NCBI GenBank assembly: GCA_973895155.1
Contig: OZ316892.1
Span: 12,650,238 to 12,714,237 of the forward strand
DNA length: 64,000 nt
Origin: Marsupella aquatica
Lineage: Eukaryota > Plantae > Marchantiophyta
Direction: 5' to 3'
Shown: positions 32,701-44,606 of the stretch, in pieces
Layout: the number at the start of each line of letters is the position of its first letter
Position numbering within the stretch: position 1 is the stretch's first letter
Position numbers and translations under genes: made by a program
The notes under the pieces: model-generated
What the model was told of the DNA's origin: nothing
What the model saw: only the letters and a program-made list of their open reading frames with translations
The model's database searches: none

Positions 32701-35700
32701 ATGTCATTCGGTCATGGTGAAGGAGAAGTGTACCAGGAATGTCGTCTATATGTACCTTGCGGCCAGGCCATCGCTTAAGCCCAAATTTACGGCAGGCTTT
32801 CTTGAGTGTCGTTTGAGAGACTCCAAGTTTTTTGGCAGCGTCTACTACACTGAGATGAAAATATATAGAGAGATCGGATAGCTTCAGATGATGTGCTCCA
32901 AGACCCTGCACAAGCAACGGTTCAAATGTTGAAGATCTGTATCTCTTGTGTGACAGAGCCCAACACCAGCACAATTTGCATGCAAAGCTTTGGATGATGG
33001 GATCGATGAAGCTGCTTTTTCAACCTAAGCTCCAACTAGCATTTCCATACGAGTAGGATTCTTCCGTTACGTAGACCCTTTGCTGTCTTTTGTTTGGATC
33101 GAATCCCAAACTAAGAAAGTTCGAATCCCATGCGCACATGATTTTTATTGGTAGCATGTATCGATGTTCTTGTGTTCGTTGCATGTTCCAGGACCTGACC
33201 GAAGGCTTTCCACTTGTCATGAAATATGTGGCACAGTTTCTTCCATCCGCTCCCTTCCGATTGGCCTAGTGCTACACTTGAACTCTTGATGTAGCAGTTC
33301 AGCCTCTGGAATCTGAAGGCCTAACCTCAACGTCCAAAGAGAAGCTGAAAGAGTGCTTTGGTGAAAAGTGTTCAGGTGCCCGCCTGTGTTGCCCTACCGG
33401 TTGGACTACTCGTAGACATAGCTATGTATGAGATTCAAATTGTCGTAACTTACTTTTTGCTAGGTCGTCACGACATCAGAGTATCTTGACGTAGTGCTCT
33501 GACATGCAGTGAGTTCGATATTTACAACGATTCGTTCAGTTCCTGTCTCTTACCGGCGTTCTTTCACGAGCTATAGCGAACGTCATCCAACTTTTTCAAA
33601 CCCATTATTGTGAGAACAGGTAGTTGTCTAATCATTCATGTACAAAACCTACAAATGAACCCTTTCATGCACTATGTGCCTACTATGCCTTAACTAGACT
33701 GCAGATGACTTAGGCAACATTTAGTGCCATCATTGCGTCGATTAAATTCTCTGAAGAAGAGAAATTCGAGTTCGACAATGTGAATCGTATGAACACCCAT
33801 GAGGCTTTATATGGAGTTATTTCAATCTTTAAACTAAAGAAAAGTGAAGAACAAATCACGGAACAACACCCATTCCCAAAAATATTCCGAGGATGAGTTG
33901 TGCACGGAAAGTGACTAAGGACGAAAAGCGCATTTCTGCTCTGTAAGTTTGCCGAAGGCTAATTCAAAAGCATGAACATATCTGGACTAGGCAGAAGGAA
34001 TCATTGCATATAAAATTTCGTTTTTGTGCTCGTCTTCCCGGACCTACAAGTGATACTCAACTAATGCTCGCACTTACGACAGTGCCCAGAGTCCCAGCTT
34101 GTTGCGGCCCACAAATTTGCTCAAATACCATGCTTTTTTTTTCTGTCAGTTTATGTTCTGAATCAGCGATCGGGTCACGGGAATCGAAACCATTCGCTTT
34201 ATCAGAGAGTGGGTCGCTCCAAATTCACAATCTTAGATGTTCAGATCAGTATGGACAATCATAGATGCTCAGAATCCTCTCTTGGCAACATACTGTACAG
34301 GCGAATTTGGGCTCCTTAGGTAGATACTAGTTAAAATCTTTGAAGAAGTACATGCAATCATCTAGGTTTACAATTTCCAGAAGTGTTGCAGAATCAGGCT
34401 TCATTGGTTCATAATTGCGCACCGTTTTGCTTCTTCTATTGACGAAGAAAATGAGCTCAGATCTCCCGTGCAGAGTCTCACTTTCAGGACAGCCATTCGA
34501 AGGAGCTGACGCAACAATCCTGTCTGCCGGTGACGACGGGTCCATTTTATCCTTCTCCTCAGAGCCGCTAACTGAAGCCTCATCAAAACCATTTCCGGAG
34601 GAGGAACGACAGTCGGACCTTATCTCAGAGCCGTCCAAGGCTTTATCTGTGGTGTGGGGGCAATGCGTGTCCTCAACTTCACTGCTACAGGGAACATCCT
34701 GTGCGGCATTTGAAGAATCGATGTTGTTGTGCGGGAAGTGTTGGCCAGAAACCGACGGACAAGAAGCTACCCTGTTATTTCCAGGAACGACTGCTCGTAA
34801 GTGTGAAGCCAGGAACTGGGCCAACGTAGAAGCTATGTTGTCTGTCGGTGTGCCGCCACAAACCATACTAGTTGGAGGTATTACCGGTAACCTCCTAAGG
34901 AGAGCTGCTGCAAAACTATGGAAACCTGGGACTGGAGTAGCGTTGCCAAGGTATTGGGAGCAGAAAAGATTGCAGGTGCCATTCACAGTAGTGGATCGAT
35001 TTGAAGGCAAAGAAGATCCTTTCACCAAGAAATGGGCGAGTTCCGCAGGGCTCGGGGTGGATTTGGAAGTCATGAGTGCCACCGGGGCGTTACTTTTGCT
35101 TACTACGGCTCCGTTAAATTGATTCGAGTTTGGATGAGGAGGAAGAGCTTCATGCTGACCATTGAAGTCTTTAGCTAAGTTGCCTTTCTCCTCAAGAAAG
35201 GCTGTGGGAGGATTGGGATCGGGTGATGGGATGGTTATTTGCAATCTTCTAAGCGAAGGTTCTCTGCTTGCTACCCTACGCTTGAACAAAACAGGCACAG
35301 GCTTAAGGCCAGGAATACCTGACGGGATCTCCTTGACAGGAAGAATTGGCATTGACCTTGTTAAACCATATCTATTTGAGGGCTGTGAGGTCCCATCATT
35401 CTGAACGTTTGATTTAGACTGGCTCGTAAGTGCCATTGTGATAGGTGGGCCTTTCTCAACTTCACGGCGGCCGCTAGAAGGCACAGGAGATCTGGAAGGG
35501 ATAATGATTGCCACCAATCGCTTGTCACCCATACATATGATCACATCTTCCAGCGTCGCGTCAACATCCAACTCTTCTGGTTCGGATCCATCAGGCCTTG
35601 CTAGCTGCAAGCGCTGAATCCTATCATTCTCGCCAATAAATTCCAGGCGTCGAGCATTTCTCTGGCATAAACCAATAACATAGAAGAGAACCTGAGAACA

Positions 35701-36349
35701 TTTCCCTTTTACGCTACTGAAACACTAGCTTCACGAACAAATGTGAGCAATTGCCAAGAAAGACCTTCACTGGCCGAAACTGACGACTTTCCTTTGGTCA
35801 ATTTTGGGTTCGATTTGTTCATTCCCCTTTCTGACATTCTCCATCGCAAACAAAAGCTCAGACTATTATTCACATGGAGAATGAATCTCATGAATGTAGT
35901 TCAATATTACGGACGTTCTTCAGATCATAGGAGTTCAATCTCAAGTGATTCCTTGTTAAAATTTCCGGTGTGAATAATAATACCACTCCGTACCACAAAT
36001 ATGTGAATCTGTGCCACTGGCAACTTGGTCAAGGGATCACTCAGCAGAGCACGAATACAGGTTACAAATCTACTCTGTGGAAAATGTCACATCGAATACC
36101 AGATGCTGGGATAGGCAGGATACGAAACTTTTAACCAGGACACGGAGAATGTCTAGAGACATTATGTCTGTCTAAAGCAAAACCAAAAATACCCTGTACC
36201 TGAATGACCCTGGCGAACTCCTCGACGGTTTCGTGGACATAACGTGCAGAACTCCACTGGCGCCCGCGCACTGAGACTGTGAATTTGACTTTCTCATGTA
36301 GAACAGACTTTCCCTGCGCAAAACCCTTTCCAGCCATCAAAACTGCCAT
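29711..36349 (-). CDS. RWP-RK domain transcription factor (RWPGRK variant), 5-exon model, about 745 aa, with a putative N-terminal ubiquitin-like domain
   Basis: Exons (minus): 36349-36200, 35691-34423, 32905-32756, 30677-30522, 30223-29711, all phase 0 with GT-AG junctions. Exons 3-4 read LKLSDLSIYFHLSVVDAAKKLGVSQTTLKKACRKFGLKRWPGRK|VRSLESTIHGLE, a clear RWP-RK domain. The C-terminus has an NLS-like PKRPRL. The domain is secure; the start codon and the exon 2-3 link are less certain. Confidence 0.8.
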
Positions 36350-37343
36350 TTCGAGTGACACTGTGTGCCGTTCTCAACCTCCTCAGCGAATCAAGATTTC
36401 CCGAGCAACACCAATTGTGCCGCTGTGTGAGGTGGGCCGGGCCGTCTGCCCGCTGTTGCCATTACCGCTCAAATTGATTACCAGTGCTTCAGCTCGTTTG
36501 GATGAGGAAGGAAAAGGTGCATTCACGAAATGCTGATCGCAGACTGCATTTCTTAATTTATGATACAAACAGGATGTCGATAGGACTGTGCTCTCCCAGT
36601 TCGTCTGATTGTGTTCCACTTCACCTTTCGTTCTGTGGATGAGTTAATGACTAGGTGTTACGGCTTGACGAGATGCTGGCAAGATGCTCAGACACTAAGA
36701 TAGACAGCACCACTTGACTAACCTGCGGTTATGAAGAATGGAAATTGTCGGCCCCAAAGGTCACCAACGCGCGATCCCCGAAGACCACTTCAGACTAATG
36801 CCAGCTAAAGTTGCTTGACCAGGGAAGCATCTGGAAGGTAGTGAGGGAACACAAAAAATCACCTAATGCACTGAAAAACCAGATGGGAACTTCCGAGGAT
36901 CAGAGAAAAAACTCGCGGGTCCCGCAGTCCGCACACAGTCGGATAGATTACAATTGGTCAGCAGCCCCGACCTTTGAACAACCCTCGGAAAACTGGTTGA
37001 ATGAGCTTAGCACATGGGTAACAACGTAAACAGAGGACGTCCCGATTAGAACGAAATTCTGAAAACGCTATAGACTGCCTAGATGTTGAATGTGCAATCG
37101 GGCAACGGCGGTAATTGGAATTGCGAAATTCCGAGAGAGGCATTCAAATTGCAACTACTCATCACGGCGGTCTTCGAGACTGACCATGTAGCGAAGTGAC
37201 AGAGCCAGCCCCGCAACGTTTCGTTCTCTGTGGAGACGTTGAAAACGAACAGTGGGGCGATTTGGTTTCAAGCGAGGGACAGAACAGACGGTACTAACTA
37301 CCACTCTCGCTCAAACGGCGCTCGCTCAGAGTCTCTCGTGTTG

Positions 37344-37520
37344 ATTCCAGGTATAAGATTGCGGAGTACAGAAATGGTGGTGGCTCCTTTCCTTTCCTTT
37401 CCTTTCGCCAGTTCAGAACGGTTGTCGAGGCTGCGACATTTCCAGGTATAAGATGAGATTGCGGAGTACAGAATGGCTCCTTTCCTTTCGCCATTCAGAA
37501 CGGTTGTCGAGGCCGTGACA
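37344..37520. repeat. Tandem duplication of about 95 bp upstream of the RWP-RK CDS
   Basis: TTCCAGGTATAAGAT..TGCGGAGTACAGAA..GGCTCCTTTCCTTTCGCCA.TTCAGAACGGTTGTCGAGGC occurs twice (37344 and 37440). Confidence 0.9.
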
Positions 37521-37612
37521 CGGCAGTTACCCTTTCCTTCTCCCGGCTCTTCTAGAATTAGTTCCAACGATTTTCCAACGCCTCGCACCCCCGCTCACCC
37601 GCGACCCAACCT

Positions 37613-37687
37613 TTCTCCTCTCCTCTCCTCTCCTCTCCTCTCCTCTCCTCTCAGCTGAGCTTAGCTTAGCTTAGCTTAGCTTAGCTC
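37613..37687. repeat. Compound microsatellite (TCTCC)n + (GCTTA)n
   Basis: Pentanucleotide runs directly visible in the sequence. Confidence 0.9.
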
Positions 37688-38146
37688 ACTTCACGTCGAC
37701 AACACTTCTGTTTGGACTGAAAACAAATGCTCTTTGTCGTCAATGTGTTTTTCCCTACACATTAAGTCGGAACTCGGATGGTATTTTGTCCTGTCCTCAA
37801 CTAGCCCTGACTACCCGTTTTGAAGGTACAGACGTGGACAATACAATGTAACAAAATATATTATCTATTAAACATTCTTTACATATTGTGGCCCTAGAGT
37901 CACTGTCTAGAAATTTACCGTGACCGTAACTTCTCCTCTGCGCTTTATAAGATGTGGTTCTTCTAAATGTGGTTTTTCTGTGTATTAAGGGGTCTCCAAT
38001 ATCATGGGCAGGCAGTCTCACTGCAGTCTGGGTTTAGGTTTGGAGGGAAGCAGCAAAGCGAACACATGCAGATGGCAGAGGCTAGCCTGCACAATTGTGT
38101 CAATTTATGCTGGCCACTTCCCCCACCAAGTCCTGGCTGTTATAGG

Positions 38147-38665
38147 AACCAAAATAAACTCAAAATATCTGGGAACTAGTCAAACCCACCTGCAGGACAC
38201 ATTAAGTGCACGGGCACTGACCAAAATAAACTCAAAATATCTGGGAACTGGTCAAACCCACCTGCAGCTCACATTAAGGGCACGGGCACTGGCCCTGTCC
38301 CGTGGAAGTGCCCATAAAGTGGCTTAAAAGTGAATTAGATTGATACATGGTTCTTTTCTATGTACCGTATGGATCTCAAATATAGTGGCCAGAAAGTGAA
38401 TTAGATTGATGCATGGTTTTTCTACGTATCCTATGGATCTCAAATATAGTGCCCATAAAGTGGCCTGAAAGTGAATTAGATTGATACATGGTTTTTCTAT
38501 GTATTATATGGGTCTCAAATATAGTGCCCATAAAGTGGCCCGAAAGTGAATTAGATCGATGAAGAATTTTTCCAAGTTTATTTTTCTTATGTATTATAGG
38601 GGTTCTAAAACCTAGACCCCCTTTGCTCTTCCACGGGGTAGGGCCAGTGCCCTAAAGTGGCCCAC
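38147..38665. repeat. Two adjacent minisatellites: 72 bp x2 and about 75 bp x4-5
   Basis: ACCAAAATAAACTCAAAATATCTGGGAACT..CAAACCCACCTGCAG at 38148 and 38220. AGTGCCCATAAAGTGGC..AAAGTGAATTAGATTGAT..ATGG..TCTCAAATAT repeats over 38308-38560, with a degenerate copy to about 38665. Confidence 0.85.
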
Positions 38666-40469
38666 AGGAGAATTCAATTCATAGATAAACTTTTTGAGTT
38701 CATTGTTTTCGGTTCCATAACAGCCAGGCTGCAGTGGCCATGGAGGAACTGTGAATCTGACAACACAAATGTGAAGGCTAGGCTCAGGTTACTCCTGTCA
38801 TTCTTTTAGTCTAAACCCAGACTTGTTGTGAGACTGCCAGCTGGCTATATGTGAGCTCTCCCTATTAACTCCAGTTGTATTTTCAAAAGTGATGCACCCA
38901 TGACAAGTTTTACACTCACTTATTGACACCTGGCGGCTCCCATAGACAGACTCCTTTTACACTTTCACTCATTGACAACCCGCAACTCCCATAGACACAA
39001 CACATTTTACACATTCAGTTGGTGACACGTTTTCTTTCCAAAAAGTTTTCCAAGGGCCATCCAAAATTATTTTCTCATATTTCCATTCCAAACAATTTTG
39101 AATACGTACATTTTGATTGCAATAAAATTGACTTTCAAACCAAGAACACTTTGACATTCAAAGCTTTGAAGATCTCTTAAACTTATGGTTTAGAAAGTAA
39201 ATTGAATGCCTAGACTTGTATTGCAAGCTTGAATCTAGGAAAACTACAAAACGCCAACCCAAGCATGCATTCATTTTTCCCACTCTTCTTAGACCACAAG
39301 ATCTTCGTTTAAATTTTTTATCTGAATAGTCTTTATGTGCAAGACAAGAAATTCATGTCTCCTTAATTAGAACAAAATTAAATTAAGTCCGAAATGCTTT
39401 TTCGATGAAGGTTAAATTGTTTTACGTCGTAATTACTATCTATATTTCCATGAATTCAGACACTGCGTCCTATCGATTAAAACATATGGCAAGAAGACTC
39501 TTCGAAAGAATATGTAGACTGTACATCTTGTGATTTCTAGTCGTTCATCAGCGCCAAATGATTTCCATCTTCTCTCATAAATGGTGAACTCATGAAGATT
39601 TCCATGTAGTTTATTGCATTCATGGCTTTCTGTGCTGGCGAGTCTTTCTAACGGCCGTGGAACGCCTGAGCACTTCACATCTTTCATACATTGTGTCTGT
39701 CTAAAAGCCGTGGAACGCCTCAACTTTCATAGATTGTTATCACGAGGTTAGTCTCTCTATTACTACATCAGAAGCAGTCCATTTTGCTTAGTTCACTCAG
39801 ATGATGAATATTTCTCGACGTGTCTTCCCTGTGCATGCGTGCTGTATTTATATTAGAGTAATGGGATCATGAAGAATTTCCACGTCTACAGGGATTATTT
39901 TTCTTCCTTTCTCGATATCAATTTCAAAGGCGGGAGTAGAATGCACTTTAAGGTAATTTGGCAGGCAAGTCAGGGAAGTACGGGATATATACACCAAACT
40001 GAAGCACCATATCAAAAGGACATGACCTCTGGCACCTGACCCCTGCACACATCAAGGATTAACCAAAGACGCGGCGCAAATTACAAGTAGGAACAGGAGG
40101 TTCGGTTCTCATATTGGGGTCAGTATTGATGGGTCAGATCACCCACATGACAAGGACTTTAGGTAAAGGTCCGCACTCCCCAGGTACCCCTTCAATGCTT
40201 CTGTCATCACCCCAAGCAGATTGTTTTGATTGCTTGCTTGCAGCAAGCACTGGCTCGAAGCACCAAAACAGTGATATGACTACAAGAGCAGATAAAAAAA
40301 CTTGCGTCTATCCACTACAATCGAACTCTTGACTACAAAAATCAACTAATGGACATGACCGAAAGATTTTCTATTGTCGTACTAAGCTAGATCCAAAAGT
40401 TTTCCACGTGCCGAAAGAAATTCCTGCCACCGCTTCGCACAGTCCAACTCCTTTTCAATTTTTAATGCT

Positions 40470-42593
40470 TTACGCCCCTTCCTCTGCGAGAACTCGGTCC
40501 CAGTAATAAACCCCTGCACATAACAGGCAAACACTATGCTCGTAAAGTCTCGGTTGCCTTAAATTTCCACTAGACAGCAGAAATTTGACAAGGCAAATAT
40601 CATCACCGAAGTTTGCAGAAGGGGCACGAAAATTGTACCATGGCCATCTTGCCCGATCCTCCGTAGTTGAGCAACATACTCGGAAACCTTCTTGATGGCA
40701 TCAATCTGTGTGATACGAACGATGTCAGCTATAACGAATCACAATGGAGGATATGGACCGCAGTTGATCACTTGGAAAGCCTTTTGCCAGCAGCCTTGTG
40801 AAGCATGCCAGTACTAATACAGAGCCAAAGCCTGCACTTCTCTCAGAGTCGGTCAAGAAACGTCAAAGGACGAGTAATCTCGATTGTAAAGGTTTGCTGC
40901 TGGCCCACCCCATTGTAGACTACTTGCTACTTTCTGATAAAACCTAATGGCTTCTGACGAAACTTGACCACCTGTAAACAGTCCAAACATCCATTGGTTG
41001 AAACAAATTGAGCGAAGGATGCACCTGCTCTCCCAAAAATTCGCTCTCTACGTAGTCCGTCAGCTGCACATCATCAGCCTCTTCCGCAGCCTGCTCCAGG
41101 GGATTCCATACCAGAAAAGACGAAAATAAGCTGCACTTGCCTTACAGTTCAGCGGGAAAGGACGGTAATATATCTTGGAACCTGAACCAGCTCATATGAG
41201 TCTGCAGGAAAAGTAAAGAAAAAATACAGAATAAAACACGACAAGACGAGCGATCGAAATTTACCTTATGCAAAGCGTACAACTTCTCTGTAGTTAACTT
41301 CTCGAGAGACAGAGAAAGCTCCATGGCTGCAGTAACACAGTTGACAAACCCACAACACCCCATGAGAACACCACGCATGCCTTGAAGCTCCCAGGCTAGA
41401 CGATACATGAAACCTTAACTTGGACAAACTCACCGTATAACGCATCACCCTTCTCGGCGTTCGCAAAATCCATTGGAGGTAAAATGATAGACTGCAATTT
41501 CACTCGGCCTCCCCTCTTGTTCTGCTCACACACACCACAGGAGACCGGTTCAAGCTCGTCTACATTCCAATACAGCAATATAATGTTTCGTCAACCAGCG
41601 AGACACATTTGAGGAAATAGTGGCAAACCCATCTTGATTTCGATGACAATAAATCCTGAATTGCTTCGGTCGATAGGATGTGCTGCACACATCCATTCAC
41701 ATTCAAACACAATGACAACAGAAAGCAATAATACCTGGTATATCATGAGCTTCTCGGCATGCTCGCGTTCCTCCACACTTGATTCTTTAAAGTACCTGTG
41801 CAGATTGTAGGTGAGTTTCAGAACACGAGAACAGGAGAAGAGTTCCAAATCCGAGAGCCATGGACATACAAAACAGCACATACGAATATCATGAGCTTAT
41901 CGGCATGCTCTGTTCCTCCACACTTGATTCTTTAAAGGACCTGTGCAGATTGTAGGGGAGTTTCAGAACACGAGAAAAGGAGAAGAGTTCCAAATCCGAG
42001 AGCCATGGACATACAAAACAGCACATACGACACTTACTTGGCCAGACCCGGTAGTGCAACGTTATCACGGTCGAAGTACGCGAACAGGGCATGGTAGATG
42101 TAGGACACGTTGTACTCCACACTGCGTAGGCAAGTCGAATGACACAAAATCAGTTCAACACTCACAGGCGAACCCAAGCACTCAAGCAGGTTTTCAGAAA
42201 AAGAGAAAAGAGCGCACCACAACAGCAAAGTCCGCCGCCTCTATACGGTGCGATCTTCACCTACTTGATCTGGTCGTTGATAGCAGACTCGCATGAAACG
42301 TGGAATCGCTGACGAGCCAAGGACTCATGAGGACTCTGCGGCAACTGCAAAGACTGACTCTGCTGCACCTCTCGGAAAGGCTCGAAAATAACGCCCGTCA
42401 TCGCCTTATCGCTCGATTCAGCTGCGCCTCTCACAGCAACGAACCTCGAGGAATTTGCTTGTCGAAGAACAGGTGACAACGTAGTTTCGAAACTCACTCT
42501 CTGCCTCAAACCCCGAGAAACCCCGCCACCACATCCTCCCGCAAATGCGAGCGACGAGCCCGCCACGTGAATCGAAGCCGCCTTTGACGCCAT
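40470..42593 (-). CDS. FER: Plastid ferritin, 8 exons, about 266 aa
   Basis: Exons (minus): 42593-42265, 42121-42038, 41795-41735, 41521-41434, 41326-41265, 41090-41025, 40705-40639, 40513-40470 (329/84/61/88/62/66/67/44 nt), the typical plant ferritin exon pattern. It has a transit peptide, extension peptide [65 protein letters not shown] and C-terminal GVYYWDRVL. Confidence 0.96.
41740..42030 (-). repeat. Tandem duplication (146 + 145 bp) of ferritin intron 2 and most of exon 3, leaving a frameshifted pseudo-exon
   Basis: 41740-41885 and 41886-42030 are near identical. The upstream copy of the exon (41940-41886) has GAACAGAG in place of GAACGCGAG and an in-frame TGA. Confidence 0.92.
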
Positions 42594-44147
42594 AGCTCAC
42601 CACCACCAACACCAAAAATCACCACTACACCCCGCGCCAAGAAATGGACCAAACTCGAGCAATCAAATCCACACGGCGATCTCAGCTCGACCGGTATTGT
42701 ACGAATACAACGAAGAGCCCAAAAACACCCGTTCCAAAGAAATCACAACGAAGAGCCCAACACACGCGCTCCAAAGGACCACGGCCTCGCACGAACACTA
42801 CTGTAGGCAGACCACGAAACAGAGAAGAAGACGAGCGATGTAGGCGGGGGCGGGGCAGGGAAGCGGAAATGAAACTTTTACTAAAAACAACCAAGCTGCA
42901 AACCTATCGGATCGTCGAGTCGAGCGGCAGGAGCACTGCACTTGCACTGTTGTGGGGGAGGCGACACTGCGAGAGGAGCCCAATCCAGTGGGGTCTTGTA
43001 GAGTAGAGCTCGGGAGGCGAAAGGCAGAGGAGTCGAGTCTGACCGACGAGACTCGAGGAAAGGACGACAGGAAGGAGAAGAGAAGGAGAGAAGAGGAAAG
43101 AGGGGTACTATGTGGAAAGCTATTATTCTTGTCGTGGACGGAGCACGCGCCCCACACACACCCCCGTGCCCGTACGAAGTGACATGTGGACACGTCTGCT
43201 CAACTTGTCCGGCACTGTCGGTTCGGAGCAGGTCCGGGTCCCAGGCCTGGACTCCGCTGCTGGTGGATAAAAAACCACCCGTGACCTTTTTTTGTGGATG
43301 AACTTCATCAATTCATTTGTTTCATTATTTATTTATTATTTATTATACAGGAAGGCTTTGTTTCATGGCTTAGGGTGGCTTTATAAGACTTTGGGGCCCT
43401 TCTTTATATTTGCATTCATTCATTCATTTTAATATATTATATATATCTATCATGAGTGGATGAGGCTCTAGTTGGCTGTACAAGAACTTGGAGCATTCAA
43501 GTATGTCATCTACCTATCCTACATGGCAAGCATTGGACCCAAGTAAATGGTGATGTGGAGTGGTAATTTTGTCTAGATTTTAGACTAGGTACCTTTAGAG
43601 GTGGTCCAAACAATTCCAAACCCTTTGGCCCCTTCAGAGCATCCACAATTAATTAATTTCATTTCAAAAGATTTTTGGTTGGAGTCTATCTATAGAAATT
43701 AGTCAGAGGACCAATTGGTTATTTAAGTTTGTTGTTATTCAACAACCAAGTTAGAGCACATGAAGAGTTGCATACTGGAATAGCTTTGAATATGGAAATG
43801 AGGGGAAAAGACAAGTAGATTTTTTCATGGTAGTAGGCCATGCACAATGTTCCCTTGGTACTCCTATGTCCATAGAGGCCATGCAAAATGTGTTATAGAA
43901 GCCGCAGGGTTTCTTACATTCCTTTGATATTCTTTTATCCATAGTAGTTGAAGGGTTTCTTATGTTTCCTTGGTGTTCTTTTGTCCACAGTAGCCAAAGG
44001 ATTCATGAAGTTACATTGGTAAATGTTATAGTAGTTGAAGAGTTTCTTTCTACCCATGATTATTCCAAAAATTGCTAATTAAATAGAAAACTCATACAAT
44101 CTACTGGAAAAACACTGATATATCAATCACAATCCATCCAAAGGTTA

Positions 44148-44606
44148 TTTTCTTTTTACCCCTTTCTTTGTTTAATTGAAAAGTTACTTTTCAGTTTTCC
44201 ATTGTTTGTATAGTTATGGACCCCCATGGGAAGCTCCTTCCAAAATCCCTGGAAACACATGCTGCCACATCAGCACTATAGGTCACAAACAACTATTGGT
44301 CACAAACAAGAAGTGTTCATTATACAAAAAGTACCAAACAAGACTATGTGTGTTTGAGACAAGTTAAAAAAAACAGTTAAACCTTGTAACTATACAAACA
44401 ATGGAAAACTGAAAAGTAACTTTTCAAATAAACAAAGAGAGGGGTGAAAAGAAAACAACTGTTTTTTTTTAACTTGTCTCAAACACACATAGTCTTGTTT
44501 GGTACTTTTTGTATAACAAACACTTCTTGTTTGTGACCAATAGTGTTGATGTGACAACATGTGCTTCCAGGGATTTTGGAAAGAGATTCACATGGGGGTC
44601 CATAAC
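44148..44606. repeat. Interleaved inverted repeats A-B-A'-B'
   Basis: A (44148-44216) is the reverse complement of 44387-44455. B (44213-44378) is the reverse complement of 44457-44606. Confidence 0.9.

Noticed and set aside
34340-34380. IVNLDDCMYFF resembling the start of a second RWP-RK domain
   Set aside because: It is followed by a stop, with no AAxxLG or RWP motif, and is too short to support.
34415-35122. 235-aa plus-strand ORF
   Set aside because: It is an antisense shadow of RWP-RK exon 2 and has no domain.
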